Shown here: positions 36,914 to 47,227 of the stretch, piece by piece
Position numbering within the stretch: the stretch's first letter is position 1
Layout of the letters: each line of letters starts with the position of its first letter
Assembly: GCA_048013815.1 (NCBI GenBank)
Contig: CM106586.1
Coordinates: 14,818,001-14,882,000 of the forward strand
Direction of reading: 5' to 3'
Length of the DNA stretch: 64,000 nt
DNA from: Setoptus koraiensis
Lineage: Eukaryota; Animalia; Arthropoda
The notes under the pieces: model-generated
Seen by the model: the letters and a program-made list of their open reading frames with translations, nothing else
Databases searched by the model: none
Told to the model about the DNA's origin: nothing
Position numbers and translations under genes: made by a program

Positions 36914-37633
36914 TTAGAGTTTCGAGAGAAGAGATGCAAATTCGGCGCGCTTCTCAATGGGTGTAACATGATGAATATCCCACAGACCCTTGCCACCGTG
37001 CTGGGCGACAATTTTCTTCTCCACCTCTGGCCACAAATTGTCGAATAACAACTTGGCGCCTTCTCGCGAGAAGTGAACTCCGTCACAGAACAGGCTCTTA
37101 AGAGGCTCGAAATCAACCGTTTTACTGTAAAAGTCCACGCAAGTTATGTTGTAGTCTCTGGCGACTCGCTTGACAGCATTGGAATATTTCACCGCATCCT
37201 CTTTCTTTTTTCTAGTCGGCGGAAAATTTATTCTCGCAAGAAACTCCACGAAGTCTGGCTCATAGTACCAGGAGGGCGTGATCAGTATGATCTTAGACGT
37301 GTTGAGTCCGTTCGCCATCAGATAATCAATGATGGCTCGAGTATTCCTCTCGTATTCGTCAACTGGTATATTGTTGGGTGCGTTCGACTCCCACGAGTCG
37401 TTGTGACCGAAGAAAGAAATGAATATATCCACTTTGTCCAAATACAATTTCGGAAACAGCTGGGGCATCAGTTCGAGGCTCCAGCGAGTGTTGTAGCCCT
37501 CGAAGCCGCGTACGTCCACATCGTAATAATCGAGTGTTTCTTGGGCTATGTGAGCTGCCCAACATCCATGATCGGGGTCTTTGGATCGCCTGGTTATACT
37601 GTCACCGAAACAGGTGATTTTGCGCCACTCCAT
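36914..37633 (-). CDS. IAH1: IAH1-like SGNH/GDSL esterase, copy C, intronless (~239 aa from ATG 37633; frame open to 37771)
   Basis: FGDSIT, RGFEGYNT, FFGHNDS and FCDGVHFS are intact. Confidence 0.9.
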   Translation of the reverse strand: MEWRKITCFGDSITRRSKDPDHGCWAAHIAQETLDYYDVDVRGFEGYNTRWSLELMPQLFPKLYLDKVDIFISFFGHNDSWESNAPNNIPVDEYERNTRAIIDYLMANGLNTSKIILITPSWYYEPDFVEFLARINFPPTRKKKEDAVKYSNAVKRVARDYNITCVDFYSKTVDFEPLKSLFCDGVHFSREGAKLLFDNLWPEVEKKIVAQHGGKGLWDIHHVTPIEKRAEFASLLSKL

Positions 37634-37922
37634 TCTGTATAGCTCGGAATTAACTGAGATACTTATTGAGATGGATTTATTGAGAAGGTTGCCGTTGCTC
37701 TTGCACGGAACTAATTTATTTTTACGACTGGAATGACAATTAAAAGTTTTCAGCTGCAAGGATGTCATCACACATCGGCGGGCTTTGTTGCCCTTGACAT
37801 TTTTGCATGCACGAAGTCTCGATGGATTATTTGTTAGATGAATGAAGACTCTAATGAGTGTATAAACAGGTTTTTTTTATTTTGAAGGTATTAGAATGAG
37901 AGGAGGGATTACTTTCATTTGT

Positions 37923-37936
37923 CAGATAAAATATGA
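37923..37936 (+). repeat. CAGATAAAA(T/C)ATGA element, copy 4 of 4
   Basis: CAGATAAAATATGAGCAGGTAAAATGAA matches CAGATAAAATATGAACAGGTAAAATTGAA at 28462. Confidence 0.7.
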
Positions 37937-38001
37937 GCAGGTAAAATGAAAACAAATATGAGTGTACTTATAGAAATGTGTGCGTGAAAAAGTTGTTTTC
38001 T

Positions 38002-40416
38002 TCACTCTGAGAAGTCCATGTAGATCGGATGTTCGTTAGACGATCTTAAACCCCTCAAATACGTCTTATTAACTTTGCCAGTGGAACGCAATCTCGGTAT
38101 TTCTTTCAATATAATCAATCCTCCAGTCAATTGTTTCTCCCAACCAATCACACTATTAACGTAGTCATTAATTTGTTTGGCATAGTGACTACGTTGTTGT
38201 TCCAAATCATCCGATTGAGGTGCCGTCGCCCCGTTAAGCTTCAGCACAATGAATGCGCGCGGGCAATCTATGCCCGGTTCTTTTTTGTTTGGTATACCCA
38301 ATACTGTTACTTCTAGCACATAAGGCAGTTCTTGAATGATCTAATGCATTCGGTGATGATGTATTGAATTAATTAATTGTTGAATTGATACCGAAATTGA
38401 TGACAAAACGAAAATGTTCGTGTCTCATTATGCTTACCTCTTCGAGTTCCTGAGGCAGAACTTTTTTTGCGCCCCGGCATGCCATTAATTCTTTCATTCG
38501 ACCCAAACAAAATAATTGCCCATTGTCGCTCATATAAGCAAGGTCGCCTGTGTTGTAGAAACCGTCTTCATCGAAAATTCCTGGAAACTTCAAAAATCTA
38601 TAATCGGTAGTTTTCTGGTCTGTCGGACCACCACCATTGGGAATGTGTTCGTAACTGGCATCGTAATAGCCCTTGAATAGGCCTGGTGACTTTATATATA
38701 AGAGGCCTTTTTGATTGGTACCCAACAGAGCTCCAGTATCCGGATCGACAATTTTCACTTGAACGTTCGGCATCAATGGACCACAATTTAAGGGGTCGGT
38801 CTTGATAAATTGTTCTACGGTCAATTTGTTCATCGCGGTCCCTGAATGAATAGAATAGTCGTTGTTTTTAGCGAATTTCGCATCATTTTATCATCGAAAT
38901 GCATCAAAGACATTATATTCTCACTTACCTGCTGCCTCTGAGGTTCCATGGGCCAAAAAGCAATAAGTGATATGCGGGTGGTTTTTTAAGAATCTCGCTA
39001 AATCCTCAAATGAGGGTATTTTACCGCCCATCGGAAATAATACTTTAAGTGAACTTATGTCATACTTGTCCAATTCACCATAGTTTATCATTGTATGAAG
39101 TGATGCCACACCAAGATATACAACACTAATTTTGTATTTGCTTACATTAGCCAAGAAAGAAGTCAAATCGAAACCGTTCATTATAACTGCCGTATCACCT
39201 TGTTCAATAGCACCGAGCAATATCAACCTGGACGATGTATAATCAAGAGTTGCTGAACATGAATAGACTTCCTTGTTGTCACGGGCTACGATAGGTTTCG
39301 CTGAGATCAAACAGCTTTTATGTGTGGCTGTTTATAGAAAAGAAACGCGTCGCTCTATTAGTTCGAATTGCCAATCGAATGATCGACATTCGGGTGAGAT
39401 ATAAATACAACACTCACTTGGGATAGCCTTGGGTTTTCCAGTTGTGCCAGATGACATAGTTATGAATGCCACGGCATCATCGATGTCACCAATATCGACA
39501 GGCAATTTGATTGATTCGTCCACATGCTTACGATTGAAGATGGAGTCGATATGAAATGTACTGTCGTCCATCGCTGGTACCTCATTATCCATCAAGATTG
39601 CCTGGTTTTGAAAACGATGACAGATTGGTGAAACGATCAACAACATTTGTGTCGTCACTTGCCGTCATATTAAAACTTACCTTAACGTTTAGACCAAGAT
39701 CCTCGCTGAGACGCTTAGCCCATGACTGGTTTCTAGAGTGACAAAACAAAAATTTAGGCTCAGTCTTTTTCGCCAGGTATAATAACTCAGCTTTTATTAA
39801 AGAGAGAGGGAGAGTGGAGAAGAAAAATGCAAAATTATTATCAAATTCGATCGGTCGAACTTGTTGATGATTTCAAATTGCGGCTGAACACTACTCACGA
39901 TAAGGATCGAGTGGAAATGGCGAGCAAACTACTCCGCCAGCCATGACAATCGCCAGAGCCAACAAGACTGTCATGTCACAGTTATCATAACTGATGCAAC
40001 ATACATCATGAGGTTTTATACCAATTAGTTTGATTAGGCCAGTGGCGTAACTCTTCACAGTCACTGAAATCTCGGCACCTAGGGTTATGTTTGCGAGTTA
40101 ATTGAAACTGAAATGAAAATCGTGTTCGTAATGAAATTATCCTACTGAAGTTTGTCGACTTACCGGTCCATTTCCTTCCTGTGACACCATCAATCTGTTT
40201 TGTAAGATGACTCAAGTATTAGAACAACAATGATGGATCAAAGATATGTTGACAGTTTCAAGTTTGAGCCAATATGAAATTACTTACAAATATAACTTTG
40301 TCGCGAGACAGTTCAAGTCGTCGGAGTAAATGGTGACCCAATGATAAGTCGAGGCAATGGCCGTTTCCGTTGATTGGGGTTCCAAATATTCTGCCGGTGT
40401 TCGTGGTCACTTTCAT
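38002..40416 (-). CDS. Luciferase/4CL-like acyl-CoA synthetase, copy 3 (most diverged); exons 40416-40288, 40194-40164, 40078-39899, 39790-39681, 39601-39418, 39327-38929, 38841-38438, 38340-38002 (591 aa)
   Basis: Same 8-exon layout, phase-consistent (1776 nt). Motifs: MSSGTTGKPK, AHGTSE, TGDLAY, GRMKE, PRLRSTGKVNK. Confidence 0.88.
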
Positions 40417-41177
40417 TTTTTTAACTTTTTTCAATCGTTTTCAATTTTTACTAATGATCTAACCTTATGAACAACAAGAAGTCTGATTCATGGATGATAC
40501 TTCAAATATGATGTCACACGAATTGTCGATTTAGTTTAGAGTTTATTTTTTTTCTCTATAGCAACAAGATAAAAGTTCTTAAAAGAAACAGACAGAAATT
40601 TCTATAACTATGACCTCATAGCTCAAATCTTCTGCCGCCATCTATCTCACAGCAATAGCGAATATACAAATAACCTGACAAAAATATAAGTTTAGATAAC
40701 CATCAATAAATAAATGCCCAATTACAATGTTATTGAGCTAGTCTCGACGAGTTCACAAGTTGTCAGTCAAATAACCAGAGGCACACCTCGCATTGAATAG
40801 ATAGCATACTATATCGAGTATCTTCAGAATAGACAAATGACGTATACGTTTATTTTATCATTAGATAATTTTCCAGATTGATTCTGATATGATCGAGTTC
40901 TTGAGTACCAATCGGAAGATTCAATGTATCGATCTTTGTTGGCTTGAGTTCAATGAGTGCGATATGACAAATTATGACTCACCCGTTACTTGACAAAACA
41001 AAATGATTTTGTCGTTCAACAAATAATTCTAGTGTCTAATTTAGAAAGTTGCAAGTGCAATATTGGTACCTCACCAATCTTAAAAGAGGTCAAACAATAG
41101 GTCGCTCACCAATTACATGAAATAGATTTTATTTTGCACAGCTTAGTGGATTTGAAATAAAGAGCCTTCCTGACGGG

Positions 41178-41814
41178 CTAAAGTTTTTTATCCTCTATCA
41201 TTATAACATGATAGCCAAAATTAGTTTTAATTGGTGGATCGGTAAATATTGGTTTATCGCAAGTGGATTTGGCTAATGCAAAAGCTGCCTCTTGAAATGC
41301 GCCGACTAATTAGGAAGAAAAAGTTAATAATGTCACATTTAGCAGTTTAGGTTCCTAGATTGACTTGGGGCCTCTATGATATGACCTATATACTCAAACT
41401 CACCCATTGAACCTCTTATTTTCCATCCTAAGTCACCTCCGGCTTTTGCTTTATCCTCTGACATCTCTTGGGCCACTTGATTGCGAAACGATAATTGAAA
41501 GAGAAGAGGCGATAAGTCGGTATGTTGTTCGTTTGTGTCATCAATGATAAGTACGAGTGTAATGTGGTAGCAATAGAGCACTAACCGATATTGAATTTTT
41601 GCCCTTCTCTCAGTTTGGCTATAGCTTCAAGAGCTTTGGATTGTTTGGTGCACAGGATATGTCTAACTTTGACGGCCGTACCGGCGCCGGCCTTGGCGTC
41701 TTTCTTCGCTTCGTCGCCCTTAGGGTTAGCTCCTCCCTTGCTTTTTTTAGCATCCTTATTAGAACTGCCACCTTGGTCCTTTTTCGTTGGCTTGGAATCT
41801 TTCTTGTTAGCCAT
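41178..41814 (-). CDS. PIN4: Parvulin PPIase PIN4; exons 41814-41586, 41475-41404, 41305-41178 (142 aa)
   Basis: Lys/Gly-rich N-terminus, [26 protein letters not shown]|[27 protein letters not shown]. Introns are phase-consistent. Confidence 0.95.
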
Positions 41815-42775
41815 GTCAAGTGAAAATATCAGCCCTGTTGAGATGTTGCCGATGAAGAGGCTTGGGTTAAGGATCGTTTAATAAAGAGCTTTGAATAGGT
41901 AATGAACCGAGGAGGCTAGGCAGCCTTCCTGAGTTACTGCTCAGCAGCACTACATCTTTTTAGAGAACATGCCTTGTACCTTATCGCTGTGAGTTTGTGT
42001 CAAGAATTGACTCTGGCTTATCCGACGCGAATGCAAGTCTTGTAAAAAAAGTTATTATTGATCGAACTGCTTGGTAAGTGAATTATTTTGAATGCGCACA
42101 TATGCCTTCAAATAGGATGGATTTTACGCATTCACCGTGCAAAGATGTGCAAATTCCGATGCAACATGAGCCTCAGTCGCTCGCTCCCGTAGTCAGCGCC
42201 AAATCCCTGCTTCTGGCGACGAAGCCCATTCAGATCGTGTAAATGTCCATTGTTCTCTCTAATTGTTGGACATTGGGTTGAAATTAATAAATTAATAAAA
42301 ATGTCAAATGAACTGGGAGCGTTGTAGATGAGATTGAAAAGATAAAATGAAAATGCGCTGGGGGCTTGTTTCAGCTGGACAACCCAACATTATTGCAGCG
42401 AGCATGTGCTCGTTTTAACATGTGATTAGTCACTCAGCTTTGGCGCAACGTTTTTCATTTGGCGCACTTATACACGCGCTTGTCGAGGGCACATATTTTT
42501 ACAACGGTGACGTTAGCATTTCACAGTTCATAACTCTTCTGATCCACCCATTGTCGAATCATATGCTTTGTGATACAAAGTTTTTACCTTGTAAATATTC
42601 ACTATTATCAGTAAAAACACACTTTATAAACACCTTGTACGTGTACTATCGTTTTTTATCGAACTATTACATACACACACTCAAAAATAAAATTGCGGAC
42701 ACTTGTTAGGAGAATCTAATGTACGAATCTCTAATGCATATTGGATAATAATCGATTATTCACGACGACAAGGTG

Positions 42776-44803
42776 ATGGACGCAACTGTAAATCAACAAC
42801 AATCACAAATGGATTCCGATACAATGACCACGGATAGTGTCGTTGTTATTTCCCTATCAAGTGATGAGGACGATGGCATTATCGTCGAAAATAAAAATGT
42901 TAGTGACAAGACCAAATATATAGACACTCAACGTTCCGAAAACGAATCTAATCCACCAAAAAAGATGAAGAAAAAAAGTGAGCAACCCAAACATAGTTTT
43001 ATGGATAATAGCTCCGACTCCATGGAATCGCTGAAAACCTTCTCTGATAGTGACCAAGATAGTCACTTTAATAACGTGACAGGCACACAAAAAAGCGACG
43101 ACGCTATGGATACTACCATGTTGCCACAACTCAACGAAGAATGTCTTAGGGCTATATTCTCTTATCTGGATCGAGAGGACCTCCTCAATTGTGCTCTGGT
43201 CTCAAAATCTTGGTTACATCTTGTTAGACAAATTATCTCTTTTGGTCACCTTCACATAGATTATAAATTGACCAAGAGGTTGATGAGTAATGAAGCGACA
43301 AAAAAGAAGTCCAAACAAAACGGGGGAGATTCTTCATCATCCAAACCAAAAGATCTATCAACTCTGATCAGGAAATATTACCACCATGCCACTAGTATCA
43401 CTGTCGATTATGGGGTTAAAGTACCGGCGAAATATTTTAACGCTTCATTCTTTCTCAGAACTACACTAAAGCATCTGACAATTTGCGGTTCAATCAAATG
43501 GATCGACTGTCGCTGTAGTCCGGTCTCGAAGAACTATCCAAACATCAACTCTGATGAACTCCACGGTAACCTCGAAAAGCTTGAGACAATCATAGTGTCT
43601 TCAACAACTCAATTGAGTGCATGTTGCTTACTCGACTTGATAAGTCGGTCACCGAAATTGAAAACCATCAAATATCATGGACATTTGGCTTTACCCGGTC
43701 ACTATACCTCTTTTGTGGACAAAACTTTTCCAGGAAACTTGAAGACATTCCAATGGCCTTGGGTTAGGGCCGGTCAATCAGGTACAATCGAGTTGATTAT
43801 CGAGAAGAATCTCAACATAGAAAATATTGATTGTACATCTACAGTGGTTTGCGCCATGCTATCTCAACGCCGGCTGCTCGAGATAAAAAGATTAATTATT
43901 CGACTAGCTGAGATTTGGAGATCTTCAGATATGAACAACCTTCATATTCAAAACATCAAGTATTTAGATCTGGCAAAAAAGCTCATAAGCTTGGAAATAA
44001 GAAGTTATGATTTTCAAGAGCAAGAGCTAGCAGAAGCGTCAACGCAAGAGCGAGAAAGAGTGAGCTTGGAGAAGGAATCTTACATGAGTACGTTCTGGGA
44101 AACTATCGAAAAGATATCAAGTGTGAAGGCCCTGACAGTTTACGGCTGTTGGGACTTTGATAGATCGTGCAGAGAAATATTGAAACATGCTAAAAATGTG
44201 GAATATCTCAAAATCAATTTGCTACCAGAAAATTTCAAAGAAGATAACGATGATAGAGACAGTGGCAACAACAATCGTGTTTTGAATTTGGAGGATGGTC
44301 TTCTAGCACTCAATAAGTTACCCAACCTCAAATCGCTTCACGTTATTTGTGTAGAGAAACTCGGTGACATTAGTTCTATGTCTTGCACTGCTCTTACTAA
44401 ACTGGCCGATAAATTGTGGATATTAGATGTCAAAGTTAATTTAACGGACAATGTAAAGGAATTAATTTTCAACATTCAGAGACGAGGCAATCCTCTGAAT
44501 AGAACCTACAATCTGGTTTTCGATGTGATACCGAGAAATTCAAATTATTGCGAAATTCTCGTTGACACACTCATTGGGACAGAGGGCACTAGGTACAAGT
44601 CAATAGAGGATTTCGAAAGCAATCTTAATAAGTTAGCTCAAATTGAAGCAGCAGAGAGACAAGGAGAGGCAACTGTGAATGCCATCGGCATTTGGGGCCT
44701 GTCGCTGGCATCTTCTGCGAAATGCAAACAATATCATCAATTGAAGACCGATTGGGACTACTACTGTGAACACTTTAATTATGACCGAAAATTACAAATA
44801 TAA
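42776..44803 (+). CDS. F-box protein with putative LRR-like C-terminal region, intronless (~675 aa)
   Basis: F-box LPQLNEECLRAIFSYLDREDLLNCALVSKSWLHLV; downstream LKHLTI, LKTIKY, VKALTV and LKSLHV repeats; basic PPKKMKKK. Confidence 0.8.
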   Translation: MDATVNQQQSQMDSDTMTTDSVVVISLSSDEDDGIIVENKNVSDKTKYIDTQRSENESNPPKKMKKKSEQPKHSFMDNSSDSMESLKTFSDSDQDSHFNNVTGTQKSDDAMDTTMLPQLNEECLRAIFSYLDREDLLNCALVSKSWLHLVRQIISFGHLHIDYKLTKRLMSNEATKKKSKQNGGDSSSSKPKDLSTLIRKYYHHATSITVDYGVKVPAKYFNASFFLRTTLKHLTICGSIKWIDCRCSPVSKNYPNINSDELHGNLEKLETIIVSSTTQLSACCLLDLISRSPKLKTIKYHGHLALPGHYTSFVDKTFPGNLKTFQWPWVRAGQSGTIELIIEKNLNIENIDCTSTVVCAMLSQRRLLEIKRLIIRLAEIWRSSDMNNLHIQNIKYLDLAKKLISLEIRSYDFQEQELAEASTQERERVSLEKESYMSTFWETIEKISSVKALTVYGCWDFDRSCREILKHAKNVEYLKINLLPENFKEDNDDRDSGNNNRVLNLEDGLLALNKLPNLKSLHVICVEKLGDISSMSCTALTKLADKLWILDVKVNLTDNVKELIFNIQRRGNPLNRTYNLVFDVIPRNSNYCEILVDTLIGTEGTRYKSIEDFESNLNKLAQIEAAERQGEATVNAIGIWGLSLASSAKCKQYHQLKTDWDYYCEHFNYDRKLQI

Positions 44804-44849
44804 ACTGACCTCCCACTGATTAGTTGTAACTCAAAAATGATCATTATTA

Positions 44850-45217
44850 TTATTTTAACTTTCTCTCATCTAACGCCTTAGCGCCCTCTTCTTCTAAACG
44901 TTTCTTGAACTTCAGATATTCCCTTCTCCTGTCGAAATGTTCCGTCTGTTTATTTGTGAGATGAAATTTTCCAACGAAATGAGGTTAATATTACAGTTGA
45001 ATACATAGATAACCGTTTAGCTATTGTCGGTTCTGCTGAATCTTACCCATTTATTTCCACAACCAGCGACATATGGTTCTCGTAAGGCAGCGCATTTAGT
45101 TTTGGCAGTTTCGGGATCAGAACTAGATTTTTCAGCCTCGTCCAAACAGGCCCAATATTTGTCCTTGGCATTCCAGCATTCTTGTCTGGCTTGGCGACCT
45201 TTAAAGGGTTCTGACAT
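44850..45217 (-). CDS. COA6: Cytochrome c oxidase assembly factor 6; exons 45217-45047, 44945-44850 (88 aa)
   Basis: RQECWNAKDKYWACLD (CX9C), KCAALREPYVAGC (CX10C), KW|TEHFDRRREYLKFK. Confidence 0.92.
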
Positions 45218-45377
45218 CACTGGGATAATTGAATGACTACAAGATTTAGCTGGTTGGTGTAAAACAGAAAGCTGGCTTCTTTATTTACATCATGGCTTGT
45301 GGAAAAACATGTACAATATTTCATGTTCCAAGACGTGCGCGCTGTGAGAGGCGCGCACAGTTTCAAAAAAATTGTAA

Positions 45378-45860
45378 CTACAGTGTTGAACACGAACTCG
45401 AATTGTTCTCCTTGGAAATTGAGGTCTGAACTCTGAACATGTGAAAACCAAAATGTAACGGAGATATTTCAGGTTGGCTATCGGACGATTTTTGCTGCTG
45501 ATGTTGTTGTTTTTCTGATTGTTGTTGCTTTTCTGATTGTTGTTGTTGTTGCTGTTGTTTTTCTGGTTGTTGTTGCTTCTCTGATTGTTGTTGTTGTTGC
45601 TGTTGTCGTTGTAGTTGTTCTGATTGTTGTTCTAATTGTAGATTTGCTTCTTGAATCTTGGTTAGATATCGTATGTACTTGCCGGCCAACGTGAGCGTCT
45701 GAATCTTACTTTTTTTCTCTGCTATGGGCACAGGTATCTTCTCTCTCAGTAGAGCTAGGGCCTTATTGAGTGATTGCGTCCGTTCGCGCTCTCTTACGTT
45801 AGCCATTACTCTTTGCTTGCCAATATTGTGTCTTGATGTTTTAGCTCGATTTTGAGGCAT
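45378..45860 (-). CDS. Twist-like bHLH transcription factor, short and divergent (160 aa)
   Basis: [17 protein letters not shown]...[17 protein letters not shown], a Q-rich linker, and [11 protein letters not shown] resembling the Twist WR motif LSYAFSVWRME. Confidence 0.8.
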   Translation of the reverse strand: MPQNRAKTSRHNIGKQRVMANVRERERTQSLNKALALLREKIPVPIAEKKSKIQTLTLAGKYIRYLTKIQEANLQLEQQSEQLQRQQQQQQQSEKQQQPEKQQQQQQQSEKQQQSEKQQHQQQKSSDSQPEISPLHFGFHMFRVQTSISKENNSSSCSTL

Positions 45861-47227
45861 TGTATTGAAAGAGGAACGAAATGTGATGCTTGCTCACATC
45901 AGAGACAGAATCCACAAACAAAGGAGGGAAGGGACATAACCGAAACGAGGGGGACGCGGGTTCGCCGGCGATAGCGATGATGATGGTGGACAAGACGAAA
46001 CCGACAGTAGATCGCACCAGATCGTCGTCATGAAACGTCCTCAGCTACTGCTACTGCTACTCATACTAAAAGAATTAACGCTTCTCGTCGCTAGCGATAA
46101 TGAAGCAGCCCGAACAGGCTAAAACCGCATGTCCATCTTAGATTTATTTTTTCAAAACCATCATTAATTAAGTGTTAGTGAAGGGCAGCAGCAGCAATGG
46201 CAAAAGACGAGGCATAGTATAGTTTTTGGTGAAAAAGCAATTCTTTTCGGCACACATGAATACATCTGTTGCTAATTTAAATATACATACGCATAAAGCA
46301 CACACTCAAATGAACGCCTTGCGCATTCTCTCAAGCATCATCACAAATTGTGATTGTGCGTCCCATCTGCATCATCTAAACTCTAAATCACTTTCTCTCT
46401 TGAAACAAACACTCTCGCTTTGGTTGCCATCAACTGCTAAAATCTTTTACTGGCACTACTATAGATTATTGGTGCTGTTAGACATACCCTGTACACATAC
46501 ACATAGAGTGAATGGGCCTGAAGAAGGCGAGCAACAGAATGATTTAGAAGGCGAACGACCATCATCAAAATCGTCAGTGCCGTCGCTTTTGTTGATTAGA
46601 GCGAGCGATCCTAAATGGCTTTTGTGAATTTACGATATGAGCTTTAGATGCCCACCTAAAACGCGCCATCTTTAGCGGACAACATGAAGCCAGAAGATCG
46701 GATCAGAATGGGCAATGTGGATCATTGTCACCATGATTACATCTACACAACAACTTATTCAAATCCATCATGCATTGGCTTATCTTGTCTCACTTACTTT
46801 CCATCTCGCAAATTTTCACCCAAGCGTACGAACAGCAGAATGCGACGAGCAAACTGATTCTACCAGATCAGCATTTCGGCAGAGATTTTGTGATTCGATA
46901 AATATACTTGGATAGTGATCGCTGCACGAGACAAAGAGCTACAGGCACATAAAAGTGATCAGGCTTGCTCAACACAATTATTTTCTATATACTGTGATCA
47001 TTCAACAAAAATTTAGTAAATTTGTATTTATTTATAGTATGTACATATTATATCGTCTGTGCACTACTGTCAGACAATCTCCTTTAGAATTTATAACCAA
47101 TAGTGACTTAATTTAGCTGATCTATATACACACGGAGATGATAAGATGAGCGCAGTTGATTGAGATCTGATAATTAGTTGTAACCAAGCTCTTCTTCTAT
47201 ACAATCATTGTTGTACTTACAAAGGCT

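Noticed and set aside
24006-37633. Horizontal transfer or retroposition of the intronless IAH1 genes
   Set aside because: IAH1 is widespread in animals and many native genes here are intronless; there are no poly(A) or TSD scars. It needs a phylogeny and is unsupported from sequence alone.
29638-40416. Bioluminescent luciferase or NRPS-like amino-acid-activating function for the ACS genes
   Set aside because: Luciferase-like ligases are common in non-luminous arthropods. The Asp of TLDY aligns two positions before the NRPS A4 Asp, and there is no carrier or condensation domain.
41880-42300. Plus-strand splice-like signals and short ORFs between PIN4 and the F-box gene
   Set aside because: No consistent reading frame or recognisable product; probably promoter or UTR sequence.
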